Shown in pieces: positions 63,476-64,000 of a stretch of 64,000 bases of DNA (position 1 is its first letter; every line of letters starts with the position of its first letter). Origin of the DNA: Desulfatiglandales bacterium (GTDB taxonomy: Bacteria > Desulfobacterota > DSM-4660 > Desulfatiglandales > Desulfatiglandaceae); the NCBI GenBank assembly GCA_963662465.1, contig OY759599.1:640001-704000 (forward strand). The letters are read 5' to 3'. The notes below the pieces were generated by a model. It saw nothing but the letters and a program-made list of their open reading frames with translations. It had not been told where the DNA came from and did not search any database. The position numbers and the translations under genes were made by a program.

Positions 63476-64000
63476 ATGACAGATATGGCTCAAGATAAAA
63501 CAACTTCGGCTGAAACACTCCTTGAACTGATTCAGACAGATGATCCATCGCAAATAGGAATATTCCTCGCTGAGCTTAAGCCCGGAGAGGAAGCGCGGGC
63601 CATGGCTCAGTTGGATAAAGGGCAGCAGACACGCCTGTTTGATCTGCTGGGCCCTCAAAAGTCCGCCGAACTGCTCGTAAAAATCACCGGAAGGGGGGTG
63701 GTTTCAGTCATTGAGCAGATGCCCCTTGAGCAGACTGCGGCTATTTTTGAGGAAATGCCCAGCCGGCAGCAAGTGGACATTCTTCGTCGGCTCAAAGATA
63801 AGGATGCAGCGCAGATTATCGATGAATTTGCCGAGCCCAGGGCGGAAAAATTAAGAGAGTTGATCGCCTATCCGGAGGATACGGCCGGGGGGCTGATGAT
63901 TCCCGAGTATCTCGCTTTTTCAAGGGGAATGCTGGTAAAGGATGTTCTGGATGATTTGCGGGAACACGGGGAGGTGTATTCCGATTATGTGGTTCAGTAT
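63476..64000 (+). CDS. mgtE: MgtE magnesium transporter, N-terminal part (runs off window)
   Basis: Open frame from ATG 63476 containing YPEDTAGGLM. Confidence 0.85.
   Translation, partial: MTDMAQDKTTSAETLLELIQTDDPSQIGIFLAELKPGEEARAMAQLDKGQQTRLFDLLGPQKSAELLVKITGRGVVSVIEQMPLEQTAAIFEEMPSRQQVDILRRLKDKDAAQIIDEFAEPRAEKLRELIAYPEDTAGGLMIPEYLAFSRGMLVKDVLDDLREHGEVYSDYVVQY

Overview
This looks like a Desulfobacterota-like (deltaproteobacterial) anaerobe; that is inferred from gene content only. The window has four parts. (1) 1-2814 is the 3' end of a Mop-type aldehyde oxidoreductase locus (AOR, TusE/DsrC-like gene, broken cysteine desulfurase); the same locus recurs as a diverged direct repeat at about 32058-33751. 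(2) About 2808-16295 is an integron-type gene-cassette array on the minus strand with no integrase in the window (CALIN-like). It has several clear attC sites and toxin-antitoxin/defence-like cargo (MazEF, HicAB, HigBA, Doc pair, RES, HEPN-like, HNH). Two kinds of non-coding element sit in the attC sites: an 828-nt ORF-less group IIC-attC-type intron (plus a 5'-truncated second copy), and a repeated 54-bp double-hairpin element located at the attC crossover point, which looks like an empty micro-cassette. (3) 16.8-48.8 kb holds an ISKra4-like IS in a decayed RND operon, a sigma54/XylR-type-regulated operon (FAD oxidoreductases, Fe-S protein, ETF, CoA ligase, AOR) probably for anaerobic aromatic alcohol/alkylphenol oxidation, an orphan mazEF cassette, and TetR-controlled beta-oxidation genes. 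(4) 48.9-64 kb holds an RND efflux system, kdnAB (Kdo8N LPS modification) and an ion-homeostasis cluster (CNNM, two MscS, GluR0-like channel, MgtE). All calls come from reading motifs by eye; no searches were run.
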